A model generated the notes under the pieces. That model did no database searches, was not told the DNA's origin, and was given only the letters and a program-made list of their open reading frames with translations. A DNA stretch of 64,000 nt. It comes from Malacoraja senta. Taxonomy: Eukaryota. Location: positions 1-64,000 of the forward strand of contig JAXLNO010000188.1 in the NCBI GenBank assembly GCA_038087875.1. Reading direction: 5' to 3'. The translations under genes were made by a program, and so were the position numbers. How positions within the stretch are numbered: the first letter of the stretch is position 1; every line of letters begins with the position of its first letter. Shown piece by piece: positions 37,701 to 47,790 of this stretch.

Positions 37701-37838
37701 CTGACACGCGGCAGCTCTTGCCCGTCAGAGGGCATCCTCACGCCAGGCCAACTGATCGTTAGACGTGGACTGGTCGTTCTGGGAGGACTGCTGGTCCTGG
37801 CAGTGGGAGTTGCTGTCCACTTCACCATCAAGCTGTAG
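11748..37838 (+). CDS. SLC47A1-like: SLC47A / MATE multidrug and toxin extrusion transporter, gene span (paralogue A)
   Basis: 14 exons with compatible phases. Internal exon sizes 102/69/149/98/114/68/109/76/133/95 match the vertebrate SLC47A structure. Exons 5-7 were not found. Confidence 0.93.
13214..13315 (+). CDS. SLC47A1-like: SLC47A paralogue A, exon 2
   Basis: cag|VLTQVMTYSLNFISSAFGGHLGKYELGAISLATS|gtagg, 102 nt. Confidence 0.92.
14103..14171 (+). CDS. SLC47A1-like: SLC47A paralogue A, exon 3
   Basis: aag|VISVTGVAVGTGLSMACDTLISQ|gtaaac, 69 nt. Confidence 0.92.
15094..16177 (-). mobile_element. CR1 LINE 3' fragment with internal deletion
   Basis: GVPQGSVLGP, KFADDTKL and RPHLEYCVQFWSP motifs; (TATTGTC)n tail. 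Confidence 0.9.
18171..18204 (+). repeat. (GAAT)n microsatellite
   Basis: Directly visible. Confidence 0.9.
19461..19609 (+). CDS. SLC47A1-like: SLC47A paralogue A, exon 4
   Basis: cag|MYGSKQLKQIGVVLQRAILILMVFCCPCWALFINTEKILLAAKQDPEVA(R)|gtcaga, 149 nt. Confidence 0.93.
22508..25982 (-). mobile_element. Near full-length CR1 LINE: ORF1 C-terminal SGNH esterase plus ORF2 (APE endonuclease + RT), ORF2 broken by one small frameshifting deletion
   Basis: ORF1 25600-25977 has HVGTND and DGLHLN. ORF2 part 23552-25690 has NARS, GITETW, MGDFN, SDH and YLDFQKAFDKVPH; part 22621-23559 has FADDTKL. (TTTCTATG)n tail at 22508-22545; the 5' end runs into the gap. Confidence 0.95.
25983..26182. other. Assembly gap (200 N)
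   Basis: Run of N. Confidence 1.
26246..26343 (+). CDS. SLC47A1-like: SLC47A paralogue A, exon 8
   Basis: (CT)n tract, cag|GSACANLISQYCQTIVLLVYIRWRRLYVHTWE|gtaact, 98 nt. Confidence 0.92.
27809..27922 (+). CDS. SLC47A1-like: SLC47A paralogue A, exon 9
   Basis: (G)WTRDCLQDWGSFLQLAIPSMVMFCIEFWAYEIGSFLA|gtaggc, 114 nt. Confidence 0.95.
28025..28092 (+). CDS. SLC47A1-like: SLC47A paralogue A, exon 10
   Basis: (G)LIDQVQLGAQVVIFQFLTILYM|gtgagt, 68 nt. Confidence 0.92.
28222..28320 (+). repeat. 10-11 bp minisatellite (CCCCGACATCT)n
   Basis: Directly visible tandem units. Confidence 0.85.
28580..28735 (+). repeat. (CA)n microsatellite
   Basis: Directly visible; a similar tract lies at 42140-42233. 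Confidence 0.9.
28890..28998 (+). CDS. SLC47A1-like: SLC47A paralogue A, exon 11
   Basis: IHVGIGMAAGVRVGMALGAGRPQQAKTSAMTALVCT|gtgagt, 109 nt. Confidence 0.92.
29614..29739 (-). mobile_element. Short non-autonomous retroposon with (GAA)n tail and 11-bp TSD, headed by an HDV-like ribozyme fold
   Basis: TSD ACCATGATGCC at 29603-29613 and 29740-29750; tail ...GCCATACGCAAGAAGAAGAAGAAGAA; inserted in a CR1 3' fragment. Confidence 0.85.
29686..29739 (-). ncRNA. Minimal HDV/CPEB3-like self-cleaving ribozyme motif
   Basis: T-GGGTGG GA GATTGCA ATC TTCACGT GGT CCACCC-T G T-TTCG-A CGAA TGCAATC. This gives P1 6 bp, P2 7 bp, P3 3 bp, CPEB3-like L3 TTCACGT and J4/2 CGAA. Confidence 0.8.
30282..30357 (+). 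CDS. SLC47A1-like: SLC47A paralogue A, exon 12
   Basis: (G)CVALVLMTFLLMLKDVIAKIFTSN(R)|gtcagt, 76 nt. Confidence 0.9.
31380..31452 (+). CDS. SLC47A1-like: SLC47A paralogue A, exon 13
   Basis: QIIELVSSTIPIIAPFHLCDAIGS|gtaagt, 73 nt. Confidence 0.88.
32160..32292 (+). CDS. SLC47A1-like: SLC47A paralogue A, exon 14
   Basis: GAASGIVRGIGMQKVGAIANLVAFYIVGIPVGIALMFAAKIGIL|gtgagg, 133 nt. Confidence 0.93.
32349..32660 (-). mobile_element. tRNA-derived V-SINE (HE1-like)
   Basis: Full head-to-(CTAAA)n copy in reverse orientation. Confidence 0.85.
33361..33666 (+). mobile_element. tRNA-derived V-SINE (HE1-like)
   Basis: Full-length copy with A/B boxes, V-domain and CR1-like tail. Confidence 0.85.
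33917..34011 (+). CDS. SLC47A1-like: SLC47A paralogue A, exon 15 (GC donor)
   Basis: (G)LWAGLAISTFLLSAFFLTLIFRMDWGAAAQE|gcaagc, 95 nt as in the paralogue. Confidence 0.85.
34236..34730 (+). repeat. G-rich degenerate minisatellite (about GGAGCAGGGTGTGGGGGTCAGGGCTGGGG)
   Basis: Directly visible repeated G-run units. Confidence 0.8.
34955..35027 (+). CDS. SLC47A1-like: SLC47A paralogue A, exon 16
   Basis: tcctcttccag|AGERTGLRTSLETTASTEEHPPAY|gtaac; the phase-1 end fits the last exon. Confidence 0.75.
35241..35518. mobile_element. Non-autonomous DNA transposon with 9-bp TSD (Mutator/MULE-like MITE)
   Basis: TSD CCATTCTCC (35232-35240 and 35519-35527); 45-bp subterminal inverted repeats (35247-35291 and 35468-35512, 2 mismatches); interrupts a CR1 3' UTR fragment. 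Confidence 0.8.
36719..37144. mobile_element. Harbinger/PIF-like MITE, CpG-rich
   Basis: TIR AGGGCCTGTCCCACTTGG..; exact TAA TSD on both sides; removing it restores the host CR1-like ...GTTTAAGAG.. sequence. Confidence 0.85.
37639..37838 (+). CDS. SLC47A1-like: SLC47A paralogue A, last coding exon (C-terminal TM13)
   Basis: ...ILTPGQLIVRRGLVVLGGLLVLAVGVAVHFTIKL* carries the vertebrate MATE QLxxRRGL motif. Confidence 0.9.
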
Positions 37839-37949
37839 AACCTCCAACCAGGCTGTCATCAGGCTCAGTGTATCAGGCAGGAAGGGGCCAAAGACTTTCA
37901 ACCTGCTCTTTATATTGGCTCCATTACAGAAAAACACACTCTCGATTGA

Positions 37950-37955
37950 AATAAA
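37950..37955 (+). terminator. Candidate poly(A) signal of SLC47A paralogue A
   Basis: AATAAA about 110 nt after the stop codon. Confidence 0.6.
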
Positions 37956-40900
37956 GCTTGTATTGCGAGCTTTAGAGAAGACAGAAGACCCATTGTTATT
38001 GCCCGGCTGTCCAACTGAACATGTTCAGTTTAGTTTAGTTTAGAGATACAAAGCGGAAACAAAGTATTAGGTGAACCGAAAGCATTTATTAAAGTCTACG
38101 TAGAGAGAATAATACATACTGCAGCACTTGTTGTATCATCTTACAGACTGCCGAACTCAGGGACCAGCAGGTTGTTATCAGTAACTGCATTCCTTACTCA
38201 AATCCCGGACTGGATTACATGGTGGAATGTGTACCATGCATAATATATGTGGTGAAGGTTATATTGACAGAGATTAATATGGTTGATCTACAGGCCCTTC
38301 AGCCCACTGAGTCCACGCCGACCAGCGATCCCTGTACGCTAACAGTATCCAACACACACCAGGGACAATTGTAATCTATTCATGTTATCCAGAGATGCTG
38401 CCTGCTAATTTGTTTAGTTTAGTTTAGAGATACTTTGGCCCACCGAGTCCGTGCCGACCAACGATCCCCGTAAACTAACACTATCCTACACACACTACAA
38501 TTTTACCAAAGCCAATTAACCTACAAACCTGTACGTCTTTGGAGTGTGGGAGGAAACCGGAGCCCCCAAAGAAAACCCACACAGGTCACGGGGAGAACGT
38601 ACAAACTCCATACCAATAGGAGTAGTCCATACCCGTAGTCAGGATCGAACCCGGCTCTCTGGCGCTGTAAGGCAGCAACTCTATTGCTACACTGCCCAAA
38701 TGTGTCGCATGTTGAGTTCTTGGAAATCACCAAACCTGACATAGAGGGCAGTGGGGGCCAAGTCACTGGATGGATTTAAGAGTTAGATAGAGCTCTAGGG
38801 GCTATTGGAATCAAGGGATGTGGGAAGAAGGCAGGCACGGGTTATTGATTGGGGACGATCAGCCATGATCACAATGAATGGCGGTGCTGGCTCGAAGGGC
38901 TGAATGGCCTCCTCCTGCACCAATTTTCTATGTTTCTATGATTCAAGGCTTCTTCACACAGCTCGGTTGGCGTAAACAGACAACACAATTAAATACTATT
39001 AAACATGTTTTCTTTTTATTCCTTTCTTTGCAACCAATCCACAGAGAGAGCTGTAATGCACTGGACTGGATTCTACAGGCTCACTGCTACATCAATGGAC
39101 ATTGTCCACCCACCCCTGACGGAGCATGGATCCAGCACCATTGTGTGGTGCTGGCTTGACAGCTCAATGCGGTTGGTGGTCTTCGAGAGAGAGAGAGAGC
39201 AAATGAAAAGGGAGCGGTGTGGGGTCAGGGTCAGGGGGGGAGGCTTGTGTTACTGCATGGCCAGCGTGTTATCCAGATGACCCATCCTCCATGGAGACTG
39301 CCCCCGTGTGTAGGGGACTCGCAGGGGAACGAGGTGCAAAATGGGGAACCCGTTGAATGATTGTGCATTTGTGTCAATGGAGTAAGGATGCACAGTGGCC
39401 CTGCTGTAGAGTTGCTGCCTCACAACGCCACAGACCAGGGTTCAAGCCTGACTGCACATGATAATAGAGCACGATTGATATTGATAAGGCAAAAGACAGA
39501 TTGAACTCCAATTTATACATTCCAATTTTCAGCCACTGAGCTGCCAGTCAGGATTCAAGAGAAGGCTGGATCAGATGGCCCCTGACCTCAGTTGCTGTCT
39601 ATGTGGAGTTTGTCTGTAACCCTGTAACCGCGTGTGTTTTCTCCAGATGCTCCAGTTTCCTCCCACACTCCAAAGACGTGCGGGTTTGTAGGTTAATTGG
39701 CCTCTGCAAACTGCCCATGGTGTGTGGGGTAGAATTAGTGTGAATTGCTGGTCAGCGCGGACTCATTGGGCTGAAGGGCCTGTTTTCATGCCTTGTCTCT
39801 AAAACTAAAAGCTAACGTGAGGTAGTGCTGAGTGAGGCACACGTTGCTGACGGAGGTTTGTCTTTGTGCTAAATGCAGAATATAGACGAGTGGACGTGCA
39901 TTGCATCTCTTGCCAATTCCAATTGAGTTTTGGGGATGTGGGCCTGCATCTCTAACCCCTACAGGGAAGGTGGTGTGAGCTGCCTGTTGAACCATACTTT
40001 AGATGAAGGTGCTCCATCCATGCTGTTGGCAAGGCAGGTCCAGGACATAGACCTTTAGATATAGCGATGGATTTCCAAGTGTCTGAGTGGGGTTGTTGTG
40101 TGGGTTGGAGGTGATGGGAAACGGTACACGTTGGTGCCACGGCGTACCAGTGGTAGAGTGAATGAGCGGTTAATTAGGGGTTGGGGGGGAGGGTGGGGGT
40201 GGGTCATTCAAACTTGACGTTTCATCCATGATAAGGTTGAACTTCTTGAGAGTTGATGGAGCCGCATCCATTGGATCATGGGCCAAACGCAGGCAATTGG
40301 GACCAGCTTAGATGGGGCATCCTGTTTGGCATGGATTAGTTGGGCCGAAGGGCCTGTTCCCCTGCTGTGTGTCTCTGTTACTTGTATCTCATCAGTGGGT
40401 TTTAGGTTGTCATGAGATGAGTCAGTTGCTGCAGGACCAACCCCAACCCCCCAAACCTCTGTTGCAGCCTCATTTTGTACGTGGTTGGCACAGGTGAGTT
40501 TCTGGTCTGTGGTGACTTTTATGGGTTAAGAAGTTTAAGAAGGAACTGCAGATGCTGGAAAATCGAAGGTAGACAAAGTCCAATGTCCACAATGGGGTAG
40601 AGGTGAATGAGGACAGCACCCTAGCTTATGGAAGGACCGTTCAGAAGCCTGGTAACAGAGGGGAAGTAGCTATTCCTGAGTCTGGTGGTGCACAAACAAT
40701 GTTGGTATTAATATATTCCCTCTGGAGGTAGACAAAAATGCTGGAGAAACTGGAGACCCGAAACGTTGCCTATTTCCTTCACTCCATAGATGCTGCCGTA
40801 CCCGCTGCGTTTCTCCAGCATTTTTGTGACTTTTATGGTGCTGGGTTCAATAAAGGTAATGTCATTGAATATCAAGGGTTGGTAATCAGAGTCTCTCTTA

Positions 40901-43900
40901 CTGGAAATGTCCACCTTTGTGGCTGAAATATTCCTTGCCACTTGCCAGCCCGTGCCTGAATGCCCACCAAGACTTGCTGCAGGTAGCCATGGGCGGTTTC
41001 AATGACTCGAGGGGACCGAACATAGAAGATAGAACAGTACAGCTCAGGAACAGGCCCTTCAGCCCACCATGCCCGTGCCAAACATCATGCCAAGACCAAC
41101 TCTCATCTGCCTGCACATGATCCATATCCATCCATTCTCTGCCTGTCCAAAAGTCCCTTAAATGCCTCTATCATATCTGCCAACACCACCACCCTTGGCA
41201 GCACGTTCCAGGCTTGCCCCGCACAGCTCCGCTAAACTTTGCCCCTCTCGACTTATCATCATATAATTGTTAGTGAATGTCCCCACTTCCAACCTCCTGA
41301 CGGGAACAAGGTCACTGATGAGGCAGTTTAAGGCACAGGAGAGAGTAACTCCTGCAGTGAGACCCTGGGACTGGGATAGATGACTACTCACGACCGCACA
41401 CTGCCCATTGAGGTTTGACACCAACTACTGGGACAGCCCGGTACTATTGCCTTGATGTCAAGGGCATGTAGTCACTATCACCCACCTTGCACTTCAGCTC
41501 TTTGGCCCAAGGCTGTGAAGTTATCTTGGCCAAATGGCCCATGTTTCCCAAGATAGGTATCAATGAGCAGGTCATTGGTGAATAAATGTGTTTGGGAGGT
41601 AATGAAGGTGCTGGTTTAAACCGAAGATAGACACAAAAACCTGGAGTAACTCAGCGGGTCAGGCAGCATCTCTGGAGAAAACGAATAGGGGACGTTTTGG
41701 GTTGAGACCCGTCTTCAGACTAAACACGGCTTGATAGCACTATTGGCACACGTTCAGAGAGGCACAGAACACAGAAACAGGCCCTTCAGCCCACAATGCC
41801 TTTGCTGAACATGATGCCAATCCCAACTCTTACTTGCTTGTAGCTGATCCATATACATCCATTCCTTGCATATCCATGTGCCTATCCATAGACATAATGC
41901 AGAAGTCTGCTGCGAACATTCTTCTCCTCCAGAAATTTTGTTGCTGTCATTATTCCGCAGGTTCTTGGTTTAATGTCTCATGAAAGAGACGACTACTCAA
42001 AAACAGCAGGGCTGGCTAAGCAGTACCAGCCTGAGGATCGATCCATGCACTGCAGGAGTTGGAGAGTGTGTGGAGTCCACACCTTACTGAAAGAGAGAGG
42101 AGAGCAAGGCATGGAGCAAACATTGTATATCCCAAGACAACACACACACACACACACTCGCATGCGCACGCATGCACGCACGCACACACACACGCACACA
42201 CACACACACACGCACACACAAACACACACACACAAAAAAAAAGCCACAGTCGTCCGTGGAAGTAAAGAATCTGCAGATGTGCTCCTCAGAGAGTTAGATG
42301 GAGTAAAATCAGAAAACGTTGAAAATATTCGGCAGATCCAGCAGCATCCTTGTAGAGCAAAACAGAGTTAACAACTCTGACGTAGAGGCTGAATTGATTG
42401 AGCTTAGAGACAAGCCCTTCGGCCCATCGAGTCCTCGCCGACCATCTATCACCCATTCACACTAGTTCTGTTATCCCACACTAGTCCCACCTGCCCACGT
42501 TTGGCCCATATCCCTCCAAACCCGTCCTACCCATGTGATTCATATCCCTCCATACGCATATCCATGTGCCTACCCAAAAGTTTCTTAAACATCACAGTGC
42601 CTCCACCACCACCCCCTGCAGCGCGTTCCAGGCACCCACCACCCTCTGTACAATGGCGCTAAAGTGTCGGAAGATGATGGAGTAATTAAACACGTGAAGA
42701 ACCGCAGCAAATAAAATCCTAGATGGAGGATGGATTAAAGGCTTGTTCTGCTTAGAAACATACAATCATAGAGTGATACTGTGTGGAAACAGTTGGCCCT
42801 CCTGCCCAACGTGCCCACACCGGCCAACCTGTCCCACCACCTGCATTTGGTCCATAACCCTCCAAACCTGTCCTATCCATGTACCTGTCTAATTGCTTTT
42901 TAAACGTTGGCATAGTCCCAGCCTCAACTACCTCCTCCGGCAACTTGTTCCATACACCCACCACCCTCTGTGTGAAAGCGTTACCCCTCAGATTCCTATT
43001 GAATCTTTTCCCCTTCACCTTGAACCTATGTCCTCGATTCACCTACTCTGGGCACGAGACTCTGTGCATCTACCCGATCTATTCCTCCAATACAATGGAT
43101 GGTATTCTCAGATACCCGTCAACTAACATCTCTCCCCATTGTCACCATTCTTCAGTAGTTGACAACACGAAGACTCAGTGAATCCCAAGATACAAACATC
43201 CGCGTCAAATGAAGTTCAATACAGAGAGGATGCATGTTCAGTGGAATCTCACTTTGTTTTACATTACACCTTATAAATGATCCAAAATAGTTCACAAAAT
43301 TAACTTGTTGTTTTACAGTATTTACATAAGTCAGCATATAAAAGTACACTCTTAAATAGGATGTATCCAGGGAAATGGATGGCGATGGCATCCGTCCCCA
43401 CACACTCGTGTGTGCCTGTTCCCAGGGTCACTGTTGCAGAAGCAAGAACTGAGGGTGAACCCACTGGCCCAGATGGAGTCGCTGACAGTGTCCTTGGGGA
43501 CCAACTAGTGGGAGAGTTCACGGACATCTTTTAATTCACAAGAATGTCCCTGACCATCCAGTTGTCGTCACTATGATTTTCCGGCCCCCACTTCCGTTGG
43601 TGACCTCTTGCATTGTCGCAACAAACCTCACCTCCTTAGGTCATAAGGTATAGGAGCAGAATCAGGTAATTCGGCCCATCAAGTCTACCTCGCCATTCTA
43701 TCATGGCTGATCTATCTCTCCCCCTTAAACCCATTCTCCTGCCTTCTCCCCATAACCTTAAACTCATGGAACAGCAGTACTTGGTCATAGCCCTCGGCAC
43801 TTACCAGCCCTCAGAACCCAATCATTGCAGATCATCAGCCACTCCAGCCCCGTGTCACAGGGTCAATAAACACAGTGCTGGAGGAAGATATGTCTGGTGT

Positions 43901-46146
43901 CTCCATATCACGCCGAGGACCCAGAGTGGAGGGCTGTCGAGAACAAAAGGGGGGGAAGGGGACCTGGAGGGCAAAAAGGGGTAGTTTGTGACTTTCTCAG
44001 CGCCGTCTACATGGAGGATCTTTGAATGCCTCGGTTATGCAAACCAACGCATCTCACTGTGATTTGTCACGTGACAATAAAAGTATCTCATCTCAACTCA
44101 TCTTTCCAGTGGAAGGATCCCGAACCAAAACCTCACCCATCCATGTTCTCCAGGGTTACTGCCTGACCCACTGTGTTACTCCAGCACTTTGCATCTATTT
44201 TTCATCTTCACTGCTGACCAGTTAGATTTAATTGCCTGCTCCTTTTGTTGCACTTTCCTCTGGCATACCTTCGTTAGTCCATGGCCATTTCCACCCTCTT
44301 ACGGCAGACTCCCTGTGTTGTTCATACCCCCTTGTTTACTCTCACTCTCTTTACAGCCTTCCTCCTCATTATTGGATAGTTTTCTCTGGAACGCTGGAGG
44401 CTGAGAGGAGACCTGATTAAAAAACCTGCCCCTAACTAAATGATGAGGGGCGGAGAGGGGATGGACAGTGAGAACCATTTTCCCCAGCGCGGAAATGTCA
44501 AGATTAGGGGCCGTGGCTTTGAGGTGAGAGGGGCAAAGTTTAAAGGATACGTGTGGACTATCTTTTTAATTGGGCGGTGGGTGCCTGGCACGCACTGGTG
44601 GAGATGGAGATACGATAGTGGCGTTTAAGTGTCCTTATAGATAGACACATGGATATGCAGGGAATGGAAGGACATGGATCATATGCAGGCAGAGGCGATT
44701 AGCTTATCTTGGCATTGTGTTTGGCACGGACATTGTGGGCTGAAGGGCCTGTTCTTGTGCTGTGCTGTTCCATTTCCAACATTCTCCCCATTCCTGTTTC
44801 TCTGCAATTTAAAACTTGCTTCCTTTCCATCTTTTTCGGTTCTGAAGAATGGTCATTAGATCTGCTTCTCTCTCCACAGATGCTGCCCGACCTGCTGAGT
44901 TTTTATCGCGGTCGCTGTTTTATTTCACGTTTCCAGCATCTGAGGTACTTGGGCTTATTTCCTGTTGAGTTCACATCAATTTTCCAAAATCCCAATCAAC
45001 TAAAATAATATGGCATTTAAAAAAGAAAAAAAATCCTTTATACTTTTATAAAGGGAATCCATCTACCAGATCTGGACTGTGACATTGGAAAACAGGTTTC
45101 CAATAGTCATCAGTCTGAAGAATGGTCCCGACCCTCAACATCGCCTATCCTTGTTTAACGGTTTAATGTTTTAAAAACATTTAGACAGGTACATGGATGT
45201 AACAGGTTTCGGGGATATGGGCCAAATACTGTCAGGTGGGACTGGAGTAGATAGGTATGTTGTTCGGAGTGGGCAAGTTGGACCGAAGGGCCTGTTTCCA
45301 AGCTGTATGACTCTATGTTCTCCAGGGACGCTGCCCGACCCATTGAGTTACTCCAGCATTTTGTGTCTATCTTCGGTGTAAACCAGCATCTGCAGTTCCT
45401 TCCCACACCCATCTTCTAGAATCTGATGGGCTTCCACTGCCTCGGAAGGTTTGAAGTTCCCCATCCCTCTCAAAGCCATCGTGGGCCGTTGCCAGATGTT
45501 CCCAAGTCAGCAGTTTGCAATCCCGCTATCAAAATTCCTGCCCCCACCCTTTCAAAAAGCAATTAACTCCTGCTGAGTCTGTGACCATCACCATCAGTCT
45601 CGTTAACCTCAAGAGCGCCAGCATGCTCCTGCAGCAGAAGAATAATACCTGCTTCACACCAAAGATCAGCTCCGCCCTATGATCATTGCTTCACACTGCC
45701 TAATAATCACCACTTAACATAATAGTCCACCATTTGACTTCTGGTGACCAAGTACACAGGGATCTGGAGCGAAACAAAAGGAAGAGTTGCTGGTGGAACT
45801 CAGCGGGTGAGGCAGCATCTGTGGAGGTAATGGACAGTAGGCATATTGGATCAAGGGTGGCACAGCGATAGAGTTGCTGCCTCACAGCACCAGAGACCCG
45901 AGTTCAATCCTGGCTACGGGCGTTGCCTGTATGGAGTTTGTACGTTCTCCCTGTGACCGTGTGGGTTTTCTCCGGGTGCTCCGGTTTCCTCCCACATCCC
46001 AAAGACGTGCGGGTTTGCAAGTTAATTGGCTTCTTTTACCCTTGAACCTTGTGTGTAGGATTCCAGCTCTGTGGGCAGAAAGGGCCCGTTTCCACCAAAC
46101 TAAACTAAATCAAGATGTCCACTGTCCACTTCCTCAATGGATGAAA

Positions 46147-46536
46147 AGGGCCTGTCCCACTTAGGAGATCTAAACAGCAACCTCTGGTGACCTTGCCCGC
46201 CACCCAAAAAAAAATCAAGGTTGAGGTGACCTGCAACCTCCTACCACCTCCCACGCATGTGTTGAAAACCTTCCTCGACTATGAAGAAAACCGGCTTTGA
46301 CTAGACTTTCGATAAAAAAATTATCGATTTTTAAAACGGCAACCTATTTTTAGTCGAGGCCGGTTTTAAACATGCTGAAAAAATAGCAGCAACCTAGATG
46401 AAGCCTCGACCACGCGGAAACCACTTTCGACCATTAGGGAGAGTGACCAAAACCTCCGGTGACCTCAGGGAAACCTTGGGTGGCGGGCAAGGTCACCAGA
46501 GGTTGCTGTTTAGATCTCCTAAGTGGGACAGGCCCT
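46147..46536. mobile_element. Harbinger/PIF-like MITE
   Basis: About 61-bp perfect TIRs beginning AGGGCCTGTCCCACTTAGGAGATC; flanks AAA/TAA. Confidence 0.85.
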
Positions 46537-47551
46537 TAACGGACCTGCTGGAACCCCAACAAGATGGCGTCAGAGTGTGGCCACTCTTTGTTTAGCTGGT
46601 CCATGGTGAGGGTCCACTATCATCCAATATAATCTCCCCACTCTTGTAAATCTCTTTTCCACTTGTAAATCTAAAATATTTCTCTACCTATTGTGTTTGT
46701 GTTTGGCTTGATTGTATTCAAGAGTCGTTTTGTTTGGATTGCACAGAATTAAAAGCTTTTCACTGTTCCAGTACACATGGCCATAATAATAAACCTAAAT
46801 CCTGGTTCCTCCAGCTACTCTTCCTTTCTTCGAACCGGATTCCAGCATCTACAGTCTCTTGTGCCTCCTCTGGAGGGAGAGTGGTAAAGAAGTCCACCAC
46901 ATCTGGCAGAGAAGAGCATATTTTACTGTATTAATAGTTGTGGTCCTCAATTTTGACGTCTGAAACGGCTGCTGGATTTTAACCCCTGAACATAACGAAT
47001 GTACAGAAGCTTCAAAGAACGCACCACCAGACTCAGGAACAGCTTCTTCCCCTCTGTTATTAGACTTCTGAACGGTCCTTGTATAAGCGAGGGTACTGTC
47101 CTGATTCTCCAATCTACCTCATCGTGGACATTAGACTTTTTCTCTGGACTTTTTCTACAGTGCTGGGAAATTATATTCTGCTATTTCCCCTGTGGCACTT
47201 GTGTATGGCTTAATAGTATTCATATATAGTATTCCATTGCATAGCACGCAAACAAAAGTGTTTCACTCTATCTCGATGTACGTAACAATCATAAACTTAA
47301 ACCTAAAGATGCTTGATCGCTTGCATTGATTCCTTTGGTGTGAAATTTGGAAACCTTTCCTTGTTGGATTGTGGATTGTGTACCAGGTCCATGCACACTT
47401 CTCCAGATGGGACAGCTGAGAATTCCGGACCGACGTCCCAGTTGCATGCTGACCGCCTGTACTCCAAGGCAAGGTGTCCCTCTGGCTAGTCCCCTTGCTG
47501 TTGAAATGCCCCTCGATCGCCCTGCGTCCGTCAGCCGAGTTCACCAAAGGA

Positions 47552-47790
47552 CTATGTTCCGTGGACAACAGTCAACTGAACCACCAGCCCAACGGCCAGG
47601 ATTAAAGGTCCCGAAAGGAAGGCCAGACCCCGGCGTAGGATGAGTTGCTTTGTGGATAAGATTTCGCCAACGATAGTCACTCCGATTTCGGGCACGGTGC
47701 TTTCTTCCCTGAGTTGCTCAGTATCAGTGTTGCTCTCCACTTGACTAAGGTTGGACAACACAATGATGGCGACATTCTCCGTCCGTGCCT
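47552..47790 (-). CDS. SLC47A1-like: SLC47A paralogue B, last coding exon
   Basis: tttgcag|..IVGEILSTKQLILRRGLAFLSGPLILAVGLVVQLTVVHGT*. Confidence 0.92.

Noticed and set aside
43150..43640. Non-repetitive intergenic stretch with a short - strand ORF
   Set aside because: No recognisable homology or convincing splice structure.
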